A stretch of DNA of 64,000 nt from Candidatus Nanohaloarchaea archaeon (GCA_014297435.1 JACOQA010000001.1:160001-224000); one strand, 5' to 3'. Positions 10,380-19,862 are shown, counted from the stretch's first letter. Made by a program: numbers and translations. The notes: generated by a model from the sequence alone, not told the origin.

Positions 10380-10892
10380 CTAGAGGTGTTTTTCTATTTC
10401 TTCTCCGTAGAATCGAACTGCTTCCTCGTGTGCCTCTTCTTGGCTGGTTGAAGCGTGGACGATGTTGAAAAGAGGGATTTCCCATGTGTCTGCGATTCGC
10501 GAGTCGTAGTGTGGGAGCAAGTCTTCGTCGTAAAGTGGGCTTTCGGGGTTGTTCGCGGCATCCCCTCTTATTGTGCCTGGTTCGTTTTCCTCGGGTCTAA
10601 ACTCGTCTCCGACGATTTCTCGGGTTCTTTTGACTGCGTCTTCGCCATACATAATTCCGACCATGACATCTTCATCGTCGAAGTAGTCGTGTAGCTCGTC
10701 GAGAACATCGCCGGGTACGTGACCGTAGTGCTCGTCTACGAGTTCCGAGGAGACATTTTTCTGTTCGAGCATTGTGGGCTGGAGTCCTGAGTCTGAGAAG
10801 TAGCTAAGCACTTCGTCGGTTAGACCTCTTTCCAGAGCGTCTGGTTTCATCATTATGAATGTGTATTCTTCGTCGGTTGTCATGAGTAGCAT
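10380..10892 (-). CDS. ndk: nucleoside diphosphate kinase (divergent)
   Basis: TFIMMKPDA, EHYGH, PGTIRGD, NIVHAS with catalytic His; start could be 10883. Confidence 0.88.
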   Translation of the reverse strand: MLLMTTDEEYTFIMMKPDALERGLTDEVLSYFSDSGLQPTMLEQKNVSSELVDEHYGHVPGDVLDELHDYFDDEDVMVGIMYGEDAVKRTREIVGDEFRPEENEPGTIRGDAANNPESPLYDEDLLPHYDSRIADTWEIPLFNIVHASTSQEEAHEEAVRFYGEEIEKHL

Positions 10893-10980
10893 ATTGGTCT
10901 CAAATTTTATATTAGACTCTATATTGTAGCTACCATTGTGGAACAAAACATTTATTAGCCCGCAATGTTATGTTGTTACT

Positions 10981-11700
10981 ATGAAGATACAAATAAATGA
11001 CGATGCTTTTTCCGATCGAAGTCTAGGTTCCACAACCATCGAAGAAGCAGTAGAATCTGGCGAAGGTCCTGAAAACCTGGTCGACTTTCCTGAAGATACA
11101 AAATATGACAAAGGATGGGAAAGAGCCGGAGGAGAATCTTTTATGAGGGTCGGCATGAGAGAAGGCACAGAAGAACCTGTTTTTATTGAGAAAAGCGGAA
11201 ACCCTGAGGTAACTAGAGACAGAGCTACAGAGCTTGACGAAAACGGAGCTCACGTAGTTCCAACTTTAATGCTTCTCGAAGATCGGGCGGCAGAAAGCAA
11301 CAGGATTAAGGGTTCAGAATATCAAATATTTCAGGAATGGGCTCCGGATAACTTTAGGGAGGAGTATAATGCAGGGAACCTTGGAGATAACGCACTTAGA
11401 CAGTTTGCTGAAAACTGTGCTGTGGTTGACGGGCTCGGATTCGGAATAAAAGGGGGAGAATACATGATAGATGAGATGCTAACAGATGGAGAAAACTGTT
11501 ACATAGTGGACTTCGGAGCAGACCTCGGATCATCGAGTTATGAATCTCATAAGGAACTTTATGACTCAGGTAGTGAGTTCCTTGAAGACTCTGAGGTTGC
11601 TGGTGAAGAAGAGTTCGAGAAATTCGACAACTGGTATGAGTCACAGCGCCAGTCGATCGATGAGGAATACAGCCTAGGAGAAAAAAAGGCTGTAGCTTAA
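10981..11700 (+). CDS. hypothetical acidic protein, possible atypical kinase fold
   Basis: HVVPTL, IFQEW, YIVDFG; no HxD catalytic loop. Confidence 0.55.
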   Translation: MKIQINDDAFSDRSLGSTTIEEAVESGEGPENLVDFPEDTKYDKGWERAGGESFMRVGMREGTEEPVFIEKSGNPEVTRDRATELDENGAHVVPTLMLLEDRAAESNRIKGSEYQIFQEWAPDNFREEYNAGNLGDNALRQFAENCAVVDGLGFGIKGGEYMIDEMLTDGENCYIVDFGADLGSSSYESHKELYDSGSEFLEDSEVAGEEEFEKFDNWYESQRQSIDEEYSLGEKKAVA

Positions 11701-11707
11701 ATCTTTC

Positions 11708-12937
11708 CTATTTCTCAATATTGAGCACGTCAAGCGCAGTACACTCGGCTTCGCATCCAAGTGTTTCCGATACTGACGGGTCCGAGCGACCTTCATCGCC
11801 CGAGATCAACTCTTTGATGTATGTCCCTGCTTCTGCCTTGATCACGAGCTCGATCTTTTTCTCGCCCTTTCGCTCACATAAAACTCTCTGGACCTCTCTC
11901 TTCCTTACTTTATCGGCTCTTCTGTGATCTACTCTGTTAGGCGTCCGCTGCTCGATCTCTCCTTTAATATCCTGGAGCTTCTCAAGCTTTTCATCATCGA
12001 CATCCTCCGAAAGCTCTACCTCCGCACGGTACATCTTGTCCGCATGTTTCTCCTTAATCTCCTCGATCTCATCCTTACCAGCGGGTCTCAAGTCAAAGAT
12101 CTCTATCTTCTCGTTATCGTTAACCTCTTCCATCAAAGATTCAAGATCAAGATCTCTATGAAGAGGTTCGACTAATTCAAGAACGAACTCTCTTCTTCCA
12201 AAGCATCTTGCGTCAACGTCTTCTCTTCCTCCGCCATGGAACTTTGCTTCAATCGCCTTAGTTTCTCTCTTGAAAGGTTCCTGGATTTCCTCCTGAACCG
12301 AGGTAGGGTAGTTCTTACCTGTCCAGTCACATTCTTCACATCCTGAACCTCTACAGTTCCTGCAGTGCCATTCCGTCTGCGGAATTTCTCTAGAGTATTT
12401 GTTGTACTGGGCGTAAAGCAGTAGAGAGTTAACCTGCATCTCTACTCTGTCCTTGTTTTCATCCATCTCAATAATCGCGTTGATATCAGGACGTTTGAAA
12501 TCGACCTCGATACCAAGCTCTTTCTCAATTCTCTTACCGATCAATCGAGAAAGTTCGGTCTTGATAGGTTCAGTCCATTCAATGCCGTATTCTTCCCACA
12601 GCGCCTCCTCTTTCTCTATAGCTTCGTTGGGAGGTCTTATTCCGATGAGGAAGGTTGAAAGCTCGTACCGATCGAAAGAATCTTCTACCAGTTCAACCCA
12701 GTGATCCATCTTCTGGAAGACTCCATCACAGTACTCGCATGAACCTCCAAGATCTGCATCTTCCGGTATGTTCTCCCTAACGAAAGAGTCTTCTTCGAGA
12801 TCGTCTATTTCCCGGCAGATCGCACCTCTCTCAAAGTTTTCCAGTCCGTGTCCGAGCTTGGCGAACTGTCTTCCAAGACAGTGATCGCAGAGTTCTTCTT
12901 CAAGTAAAGCATCACGTTTTTCTTTTACAGAGATCAT
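11708..12937 (-). CDS. pus10: tRNA pseudouridine 54/55 synthase Pus10
   Basis: LCDHCLGRQF, YNKYSREIPQT, FHGGGREDVDAR, AGTYIKELISGDEGR. Confidence 0.96.
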   Translation of the reverse strand: MISVKEKRDALLEEELCDHCLGRQFAKLGHGLENFERGAICREIDDLEEDSFVRENIPEDADLGGSCEYCDGVFQKMDHWVELVEDSFDRYELSTFLIGIRPPNEAIEKEEALWEEYGIEWTEPIKTELSRLIGKRIEKELGIEVDFKRPDINAIIEMDENKDRVEMQVNSLLLYAQYNKYSREIPQTEWHCRNCRGSGCEECDWTGKNYPTSVQEEIQEPFKRETKAIEAKFHGGGREDVDARCFGRREFVLELVEPLHRDLDLESLMEEVNDNEKIEIFDLRPAGKDEIEEIKEKHADKMYRAEVELSEDVDDEKLEKLQDIKGEIEQRTPNRVDHRRADKVRKREVQRVLCERKGEKKIELVIKAEAGTYIKELISGDEGRSDPSVSETLGCEAECTALDVLNIEK

Positions 12938-13467
12938 AGTTCGAAAATCTCCTCGACCTTTTTAACCTCTCCCTCATCAAACTCCAGAAGTTCTACTTTG
13001 ACTTGTGAAGCTTCGACTTCGAAAGTAAGCATCTCGGGCTTTCCGTCTGTCGAAGAACCTCCACCTACCCCCGTACAGCTTCCCGGATTTAATAGGAGGT
13101 TTTCCTGTTTCTTTACAGTTTCCTGTTCATGGGTATGACCATGGATCAAAACATCAACTTCAAGGTCGTCAGCGATCCTGAGAAGTGTTGGATGATGACC
13201 TCGGGGATTTATGCCAGTTCCATGGTAAGCTCCGACGCTAAAATCATCAATATTGAATGTTTCGGAGTTCGGAAGGTGGAAACGATCGCAGTTTCCTTTA
13301 ACCGCAATAAATTCTTTGGATTTCTGTTCAAGCATGTCGTAAGTTTCTTTAGTGACGAAGTCACCGCAGTGAACTACTTTATCTGCTTCCTTGACTACCT
13401 CAAGGAACTTTTCAGGTATCTTTTTCGCTCTTGAGGGGATATGCGAATCCGATATAACGGCTATCAT
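12934..13467 (-). CDS. YfcE/Vps29 family metallophosphoesterase
   Basis: ISDSH, HCGD, VKGNCD, HGHTH, NPGS. Confidence 0.92.
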   Translation of the reverse strand: MIAVISDSHIPSRAKKIPEKFLEVVKEADKVVHCGDFVTKETYDMLEQKSKEFIAVKGNCDRFHLPNSETFNIDDFSVGAYHGTGINPRGHHPTLLRIADDLEVDVLIHGHTHEQETVKKQENLLLNPGSCTGVGGGSSTDGKPEMLTFEVEASQVKVELLEFDEGEVKKVEEIFEL

Positions 13468-13566
13468 ACAATATTCGTGTGTTCGAAACCGATAAAAGCT
13501 TTATATAGAGCTCCGGAACAAGTTTATCTAACGGGTTTCAGGGGGAGTGAGACCTAATGAATCAGA

Positions 13567-13863
13567 ATGGAGCACAAGGCATACGAAACTGTTTATAGAA
13601 CCTCGCTGCTTACCCTTCTAGGAATAACTAGATTCTTCTCTAAGATAGACATCGATCCTCCTGGAAAATGGCTGCCTATATTTGACAGCATGAAAGCCTC
13701 CTCTGAAATGGTTCACTGCAAACTCTCAGAACTCGATAACGATGTTGAAAAAGAGTTCGTAGAGAAAGAAGAGATGATCGAGAAAAGACTTGGGAAAAAG
13801 AAGTTCTATTCGGAGGACGAGCTTAAAGACTTGAAGAACAAGAAAGGAGAGATTACCATCTAA
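13567..13863 (+). CDS. hypothetical protein
   Basis: 98 aa ORF filling the gap, typical codon style. Confidence 0.55.
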   Translation: MEHKAYETVYRTSLLTLLGITRFFSKIDIDPPGKWLPIFDSMKASSEMVHCKLSELDNDVEKEFVEKEEMIEKRLGKKKFYSEDELKDLKNKKGEITI

Positions 13864-13875
13864 AAATTTTTCTCA

Positions 13876-15168
13876 CTAGAGTCCCATCTTCTTCATCATG
13901 TCCTGCATCCCGCCACGCTTCATGGATCCTTTATCGAACTTGTCGACCATATTCTTTGTTTGACGGAAGTGCTTGATCAACTCGTTTACCTGCTGTTCGG
14001 AAGTCCCGGAACCAATAGCGATTCTCTCTTTTCTATCCCTGTCAATCATAGAAGGATCTGCCATCTCTTCTTTAGTCATCGAGTCCATAATGATCGAGTA
14101 TTCGGAGACTTTTTCTTCCGTAATATCTGCGATGTTGTCAGGCATCTGGTTTCCTCCGAAAGGAAGCTGCTGCATCATCTCCTCCATCATTCCCGAGTCG
14201 GTAACGGATTCGATCTGTGATTTGAAGTCCTGCAACGTGAACTCGCCCTCGAGTATTTCTTCTGGATCCGTATCAAGCTGCTCTACTTTTTCAAGCAATG
14301 ATTCAAGGTCTGGTTGACCTATCATGTCCGAGACAAAGTCCACAGGATCGTAGACTTCAAGGTCTTCAGGTCTCTCGCCTGTACCGATAAACTGTACGGA
14401 GGCGTCAGAGTTAGAACATGCGACAAGTGCGCCACCACCTTTAGCGCTGGAATCCATTTTTGTAACGATCACGCCGTTTAAACCAACGGCTGCATCAAAG
14501 TTCTCAGCCTGTGTCTTCGCTGACTGACCTATGTCAGCAGGAATAACAAGCATCTTTTCATCCGGATCAAACACCGAATCGATATCCGCTAATTCCTGTT
14601 TTAAATCATCGTTCAACGAGTTTCGTCCTGCGGAGTCAACTATTGTTACATCGGCATCTGTTTCTTCAATTCCATTTTCTACAACTTTTACAGGGTCTTC
14701 TGCTTCTTTCTCACCGTAGAACTCGACATCTATATCTTCCGCGAGCTGTTTTAACTGGTCAAAAGCTGCAGGACGGTCCGTGTCAGCACAGATCAGAGCT
14801 GGTTTTAAACCTCTCTTCCTGTAGAAGTCAGCAAGTTTCCCAGCGGTTGTAGTCTTACCTGCGCCGTAGAGACCGCATAGAAGAATGTTTTTGGGTTCAA
14901 CTTCGATCTCTGCTTCTTCTCCAAGAAGTTCCTCAAGCTTCGAGTAAACTATTTCGAGCACGTGTTCTTTCCTGGTTAGTCCTGAAGGAAGTTCGTCCTC
15001 TAAAGCTTCTTCCCTTATTTCATCGCTTAAGTCCGATACTAGTGAAACATCTACGTCTGCTTTTATCAGGTCTCTTTGTATATCTTTTACGAGCTGTTCT
15101 ACGGCTTCCTCGTCCGCAACGCTTTTGCCTGAGAACTTCTGAACCGACTCCTTGATTTTGTCAAACAT
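13876..15168 (-). CDS. srp54: signal recognition particle protein SRP54
   Basis: GLYGAGKTTT, DTDRPAA, DSAGR, TKMD, Met-rich M domain. Confidence 0.97.
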   Translation of the reverse strand: MFDKIKESVQKFSGKSVADEEAVEQLVKDIQRDLIKADVDVSLVSDLSDEIREEALEDELPSGLTRKEHVLEIVYSKLEELLGEEAEIEVEPKNILLCGLYGAGKTTTAGKLADFYRKRGLKPALICADTDRPAAFDQLKQLAEDIDVEFYGEKEAEDPVKVVENGIEETDADVTIVDSAGRNSLNDDLKQELADIDSVFDPDEKMLVIPADIGQSAKTQAENFDAAVGLNGVIVTKMDSSAKGGGALVACSNSDASVQFIGTGERPEDLEVYDPVDFVSDMIGQPDLESLLEKVEQLDTDPEEILEGEFTLQDFKSQIESVTDSGMMEEMMQQLPFGGNQMPDNIADITEEKVSEYSIIMDSMTKEEMADPSMIDRDRKERIAIGSGTSEQQVNELIKHFRQTKNMVDKFDKGSMKRGGMQDMMKKMGL

Positions 15169-15204
15169 ACTCGGGATAACGGGTCCAACCGTTTTAACTC
15201 TTCG

Positions 15205-15543
15205 TTATGGACCGATGTTCCAGTACTTGAATACAACGAAGGAAAAAAGCATTCCCAGGAAGAAAGTTCCTACAGAAAAATAAAGTGAGGACATGAAGTT
15301 TTCCCCAGAGAAAGCGGCGTAGGCAAATCCTCCGATAAGGAATGTGAAACCGGTGACAAGAGGGTTTAGAAGTGTTCCAAGCCCTCCGAGAACCCCCATC
15401 TTGGTTCTGAGGTTGAACATTATCCATGTAATAATCAGTAAGGTGGCAAAGGCGGTTGCCAGTCCCGATTGTTCGTAGACATGGTATGCTCCGAGTCCTC
15501 CGAGAACCCCGATACCTAGTATGAGTAGTTTTTGGTTGTCCAT
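15205..15543 (-). CDS. small membrane protein
   Basis: 112 aa, about four hydrophobic segments. Confidence 0.65.
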   Translation of the reverse strand: MDNQKLLILGIGVLGGLGAYHVYEQSGLATAFATLLIITWIMFNLRTKMGVLGGLGTLLNPLVTGFTFLIGGFAYAAFSGENFMSSLYFSVGTFFLGMLFSFVVFKYWNIGP

Positions 15544-15597
15544 AACAGTTCCGGGTTTTCAAAGGGTTAAAAGAGTTTCATGCCTTTCTGTTGTTGT

Positions 15598-16389
15598 ATG
15601 TACCCCCTCAGAAGAGTTGAGGATGAAAACCTCTATTACTACGAATCGAATCAGGACTCAGACTTAACTCTCATCTTTACTCCTGGAGGCTTTAACCCTG
15701 AGATTTGGAGGCATCAGGTCAAATACTTTTCTAGAAAGATACATACTATCAGCTTCCAGCCTACCAGCAACAACAGAGGTTTTGAGGGCGAAAAGAGAGC
15801 TCTTGCAAACGTACTAAAACAGGATCAAGTTGAAAACGCGGTTCTCGTATCGAACGTACTAGGCAATCCTGTGATTCAGTCGTTTGAGGACAGGGAGAAC
15901 GTGATGGCGACAGTCTTCACTGGTATGTTAAAGAACTATTCTCTTCCTACCCGGCTTTATTCGATGGGGTCGAAGTTCCTTGGGGCAGAACCCAAGCTCT
16001 TCAAGAAGATGTTTTTCTCAAGCTACGCGGATTACAAGGTTGTGAAACAGTTCTTGAGGGATGCAGAGTTCCCTTCATATGAGATCTTCAAGAGCTTTGC
16101 TAAAGAGTACGATATTAGGACTCCGGTGAAACCTAATCTAGTGATTCATTCCGAGGAGGATCGCTTCTCATCACTTGAAAGAGTGAAAAAACTGGAGAAT
16201 AACTCTACCTCGTTAATAAAGCGTTCGGGGACGTTCAGCTTCTATGAAAAACCTCAAGAGTACAACAAAGCGTTGAACGATTTCCTCGTTAGTGTAGATG
16301 AACGGATTGAGGAAAGAAAGATTTATGAATCGAAAAAAAGGAATCGTTCGCTTTCAGAGTTCGACAAAAAGGTGAAGGCAAAAAGATGA
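15598..16389 (+). CDS. alpha/beta hydrolase fold protein with degenerate active site
   Basis: LIFTPGG..IWRHQVKYFS, LVIHSEEDRF, FYEKPQEYNKAL; no GxSxG or catalytic His. Confidence 0.7.
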   Translation: MYPLRRVEDENLYYYESNQDSDLTLIFTPGGFNPEIWRHQVKYFSRKIHTISFQPTSNNRGFEGEKRALANVLKQDQVENAVLVSNVLGNPVIQSFEDRENVMATVFTGMLKNYSLPTRLYSMGSKFLGAEPKLFKKMFFSSYADYKVVKQFLRDAEFPSYEIFKSFAKEYDIRTPVKPNLVIHSEEDRFSSLERVKKLENNSTSLIKRSGTFSFYEKPQEYNKALNDFLVSVDERIEERKIYESKKRNRSLSEFDKKVKAKR

Positions 16390-16925
16390 TCGCAGGCATA
16401 ATACTTTCGGAAACAGACAAGGAAAAGGTCCATATAGCTTTTCTTGGAGATGAAAAGACGGAAACTCTTTCACTAAAGGACAACGAGAAGATTGTGGAGA
16501 AACTGAAAAAAGAGGAGCCTGATATTGTTGCTGTTGACGCAGACACCGAGCACGGTGAGGATGAATTCTCGGAAAGAGAGGAGGAGCTGAAGGAGGAAGG
16601 TTACAACTTTACTCCTGCCTCTGCAGAGAAAAGAAAGGTCAAGAGACTACAAGGATTGAAAGCGATTCTAAGAAGGGATATGGAGATGCCGCCTGAGTTC
16701 ATCCGGTTTGATCCGTTCATTTCGGCGAGAGAATTGGCTTTAGAGGACGAAAGAGGTCTTGAATCATTGGGTATAGAGACTGAAGGCATTAAATCTGATC
16801 GGCAGTTTGATGCGATGCTTGGAGCGGTTACTGCCCGTTTCTATGATCAGAGTCAGTTCAGGGATCTAGGTGTTATAGTGCCCGGAGAACATGAGGAAGA
16901 CGAAGATACTGATGAACGGGCATAA
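16386..16925 (+). CDS. DUF429/COG2410-like RNase H-fold protein, degenerate
   Basis: MIAGIIL, PDIVAVDA, QFDAMLGAVTARFY; ATGA overlap with upstream gene. Confidence 0.6.
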   Translation: MIAGIILSETDKEKVHIAFLGDEKTETLSLKDNEKIVEKLKKEEPDIVAVDADTEHGEDEFSEREEELKEEGYNFTPASAEKRKVKRLQGLKAILRRDMEMPPEFIRFDPFISARELALEDERGLESLGIETEGIKSDRQFDAMLGAVTARFYDQSQFRDLGVIVPGEHEEDEDTDERA

Positions 16926-16971
16926 CAGTTAAAAAGATTTTACGAGCTTTAAGTGAATACAGGTCTTCAAA

Positions 16972-17316
16972 ATGGGAATGGAAAAATTCTACAGGACGGT
17001 CAGGCAGAAGTTCGGAGTTGAAAAGGAACAGATAAAGGAAGAGATGAAGGATGAGATCACTGAAGAACTTCGACAGGAGTTCGCACAGGAGATTTCCTAC
17101 ATCGAAGCTCAGATGAAAGAATACGAACAGTTCGTAGCCGAAGTCAACCACATGCTCTCCAAGATGAGAAAAGAGAGAGTAAGAGCTGGAGGAAACGGGG
17201 ATAAACAGATCAAAATGGATGAGTTTGATCAGGATCTTGAGCCGCTGAAGAACAAGCTTCAGGAGCTCGAAGAATCGATGCAAAAAAGGCTGGACGAACA
17301 GAAAGCCTACAGCTAA
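16972..17316 (+). CDS. coiled-coil hypothetical protein
   Basis: 114 aa, E/K/Q-rich helical pattern. Confidence 0.7.
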   Translation: MGMEKFYRTVRQKFGVEKEQIKEEMKDEITEELRQEFAQEISYIEAQMKEYEQFVAEVNHMLSKMRKERVRAGGNGDKQIKMDEFDQDLEPLKNKLQELEESMQKRLDEQKAYS

Positions 17317-17331
17317 ATTTCTATCTTTTTC

Positions 17332-18213
17332 CTACTCAAGTATTTCTTCCACGAACTCTTCTTTATTAAACATCTCTAAATCTTCGTAACCCTGTCCATC
17401 TCCTATGTACGCAACAGGTTTTCCTGAGCGTTGTGAGATAGATATTATTGCGCCGCCATTCTCATCAACATCCATCTTGGTAACTATTACAGCGTCGAAC
17501 ATTCCCTCATAGGCTTCGGCCTGCTCAAGTACATCATTTCCTGCGAGCGCATCGACAACCAGAAAGGTTATATCTGGATCGTTGACGTCGATCATTTTTT
17601 CCAACTCGTCCATGAGATTTCTGTTGGAGTGTGAACGTCCTGCCGTATCAACTAACGCAACTTTATCCTCTTTCTCCGCGTGCTCCACAGTATCGTAGCC
17701 TACAGCCGCAGGATCGGACTCATACTCGTGAGAAACCACGTCTATTCCTAGGTTTTCGCCGTGCTCATCTAACTGTTCGATCGATGCAGCTCTAAACGTG
17801 TCTCCGGCACCCATCACAACATCCTGGTCGAGCTGTGATGCGAGCTTAGCCAAGGTGGTTGTCTTTCCTGAGCCGTTGAAACCTATGAGAAATACCGTGG
17901 CTGGATCTTCTGCATCCGCAATCTCTTTTTCAAGGTTGAAGGAATCGTCCAGAAGTTCAATTAAAGTTTCTTTAACCGTCTCATTCACTCTTTCCTCTGC
18001 ACCCATTCTCTTAACGTTTGTTCCAAGAAGCTGATCTCTTAGCTCGTCTTCTATTGCTTCGGCAGCTTCTAGAGAGACATTGTTCTGCAGAAGCTTCAAC
18101 CTGAGTTCTTCAAGTAGAGGTTCTAGTGTTTCTTCATCCAGCTCTTTTTCAGCCACCGCAGATTTAACATTCTCCGAGAAATCCTTCACCGAGTCTTTGA
18201 ACTTGTCCAACAT
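17332..18213 (-). CDS. ftsY: SRP receptor FtsY (NG domain only)
   Basis: GFNGSGKTTTLAKLA, GDTFRAASIEQL, DTAGR, TKMD. Confidence 0.96.
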   Translation of the reverse strand: MLDKFKDSVKDFSENVKSAVAEKELDEETLEPLLEELRLKLLQNNVSLEAAEAIEDELRDQLLGTNVKRMGAEERVNETVKETLIELLDDSFNLEKEIADAEDPATVFLIGFNGSGKTTTLAKLASQLDQDVVMGAGDTFRAASIEQLDEHGENLGIDVVSHEYESDPAAVGYDTVEHAEKEDKVALVDTAGRSHSNRNLMDELEKMIDVNDPDITFLVVDALAGNDVLEQAEAYEGMFDAVIVTKMDVDENGGAIISISQRSGKPVAYIGDGQGYEDLEMFNKEEFVEEILE

Positions 18214-18448
18214 ATTATTTTTACTCCCTCACAACTAGAAACGAATGATGAAGAATTATTAAAATAGGACTAGTCTTACCGAACCGAGTTATTCTCTGCC
18301 GAATCAGCTAATCTCGAGATCTATTCTACGTGTTTCAAAGGTATCTAACTACCCAATCCAGCACGGTCCTCGAGTATTAAGTCGCATTCACTTTCTATCA
18401 TATGCCAGTCTTCTGATAATTCAGAATATGAGAGATTAAAAATGAGGA

Positions 18449-18868
18449 CTATTGTTCAGCAGCGCCTTCACGTGCTTCCTGTATCTGCTGCTGGATCTCT
18501 TGCATCTGGGACTGGAGCTCCTGCATCGTCGAGTTCAGATCCTCTCTAGTCTCGACTAGTTCTTTTCTTCTTCCATCCAAGATTTCTTCAGCATCTTCAG
18601 TATCTCTCTTCTCGAAGGCTTCTCCGCCAATATTCGTGACGATCTTTGAGTTCTCCTTCAGTTCTCCTACTACAAAGGCGCCTGAACCTATAGGAACCAA
18701 AATCTCGGATCCTTCTTCCTGGTCTTCAAGCTGGTTTACAGCATCAATAGTTTCGTTCATCTCGTCTATATTATCTTCTACTTGGTCGATGAACCCCTGT
18801 ACCTGTTCTAGCTGTTGCTGGATCTGCTGGTACTTCTGCATCGACTGCTGTACATCTTCATCTGGCAT
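18449..18868 (-). CDS. pfdA: prefoldin alpha subunit
   Basis: coiled coils flanking EILVPIGSGAFV beta hairpins; synteny. Confidence 0.93.
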   Translation of the reverse strand: MPDEDVQQSMQKYQQIQQQLEQVQGFIDQVEDNIDEMNETIDAVNQLEDQEEGSEILVPIGSGAFVVGELKENSKIVTNIGGEAFEKRDTEDAEEILDGRRKELVETREDLNSTMQELQSQMQEIQQQIQEAREGAAEQ

Positions 18869-18875
18869 AGAAAAA

Positions 18876-19052
18876 TCACTCTACCTCTACTTCTTCGATA
18901 GAGATTTTTCCTCTTCCAATGCCGTGCTCGGAGCCCAGCTCTGATAGTACTTGGTCTTTGGCTTGTTTCTCTGACTCTGCGTCTACCTGTCTTTCGAATC
19001 CGTGGTTACCTCTTCCGAGCTCGATTTCTCCTGAGATGCTGTAAGTTGTCAT
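18876..19052 (-). CDS. rplX: 50S ribosomal protein LX (L18ae/L20a)
   Basis: VLSELGSEHGIGRGKISIEEV; between aIF6 and pfdA. Confidence 0.9.
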   Translation of the reverse strand: MTTYSISGEIELGRGNHGFERQVDAESEKQAKDQVLSELGSEHGIGRGKISIEEVEVE

Positions 19053-19217
19053 ACCCGAATTCTCGCGTCTCAACTTTTTAAACCCACCGAAACGGTTTAC
19101 TACACTTGGACTAGTTCAGTTTACTGCTCTCTCCAGACTCATAAAACTGTGATCGGTTCACTCTATGAGGTCGTTCTAAAACTTCACGATACTCCTTTGA
19201 TAATCTAAATTCTCAAA

Positions 19218-19862
19218 TCACTCATGATCTTCCATAACACGATCAATACGTCCGATCTCAGGACCTGTCGTATCATGACCTATTAGAATCAGAGAATCGT
19301 TTCCGACAGCTCCCGAACCTACGAAAGGAGAACCTGTGTTGATTGTTCCGATATCTATATCCTCAACCTGTAAGATTTCCTTGATCTTCTCGGCATCTTC
19401 TTCTGAAGCGTCCCTGTGAAGTACTGCACCCCTCGAGTTCGCTATACCGCAGACTCCCGGGTTAGGGATTCCTGCAACTTTTCTTGTTATGACGGGTACA
19501 TCGAGCGCTTCCGAGATCTTGGTCTTCTCGTGCTCAAGTTCAGGGGAGATTACCGCACCTTTATCATTAGCTAGAACAACGTTTCCTAGAGCTGATTCGA
19601 CCGAGTCGATTACTTCGTAGTTTATGTCTGCTTCCTCTAGTTTTTCTTCTTCGTATTCTTTGATTGATTCAGGAACTAGTAGGCAGTTAGAGTTTCCTGC
19701 GGTAAACAGTCCTACGAGGTTGGTTCCGGCTATTCTTGTCTCTACCTGTTTCTCCGGCAGATCTTCTTCCTCAAACTCTCGAGCTTTCACTGCGTATTCG
19801 TTGGTTAACGTCAGGTAGAATCCTGTGTTGATGTCTCCTTTGTAGTTGTATTTCTGTATCAA
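19218..19862 (-). CDS. eif6: translation initiation factor aIF6
   Basis: GNVVLANDKGAVI, GTINTGSPFVGSG, TTGPEIGRI; TTG start. Confidence 0.93.
   Translation of the reverse strand: MIQKYNYKGDINTGFYLTLTNEYAVKAREFEEEDLPEKQVETRIAGTNLVGLFTAGNSNCLLVPESIKEYEEEKLEEADINYEVIDSVESALGNVVLANDKGAVISPELEHEKTKISEALDVPVITRKVAGIPNPGVCGIANSRGAVLHRDASEEDAEKIKEILQVEDIDIGTINTGSPFVGSGAVGNDSLILIGHDTTGPEIGRIDRVMEDHE

Noticed and set aside
18245-18300. Box C-like ATGATGA upstream of ftsY
   Set aside because: No CTGA box D within guide-RNA distance; overlaps the probable ftsY promoter
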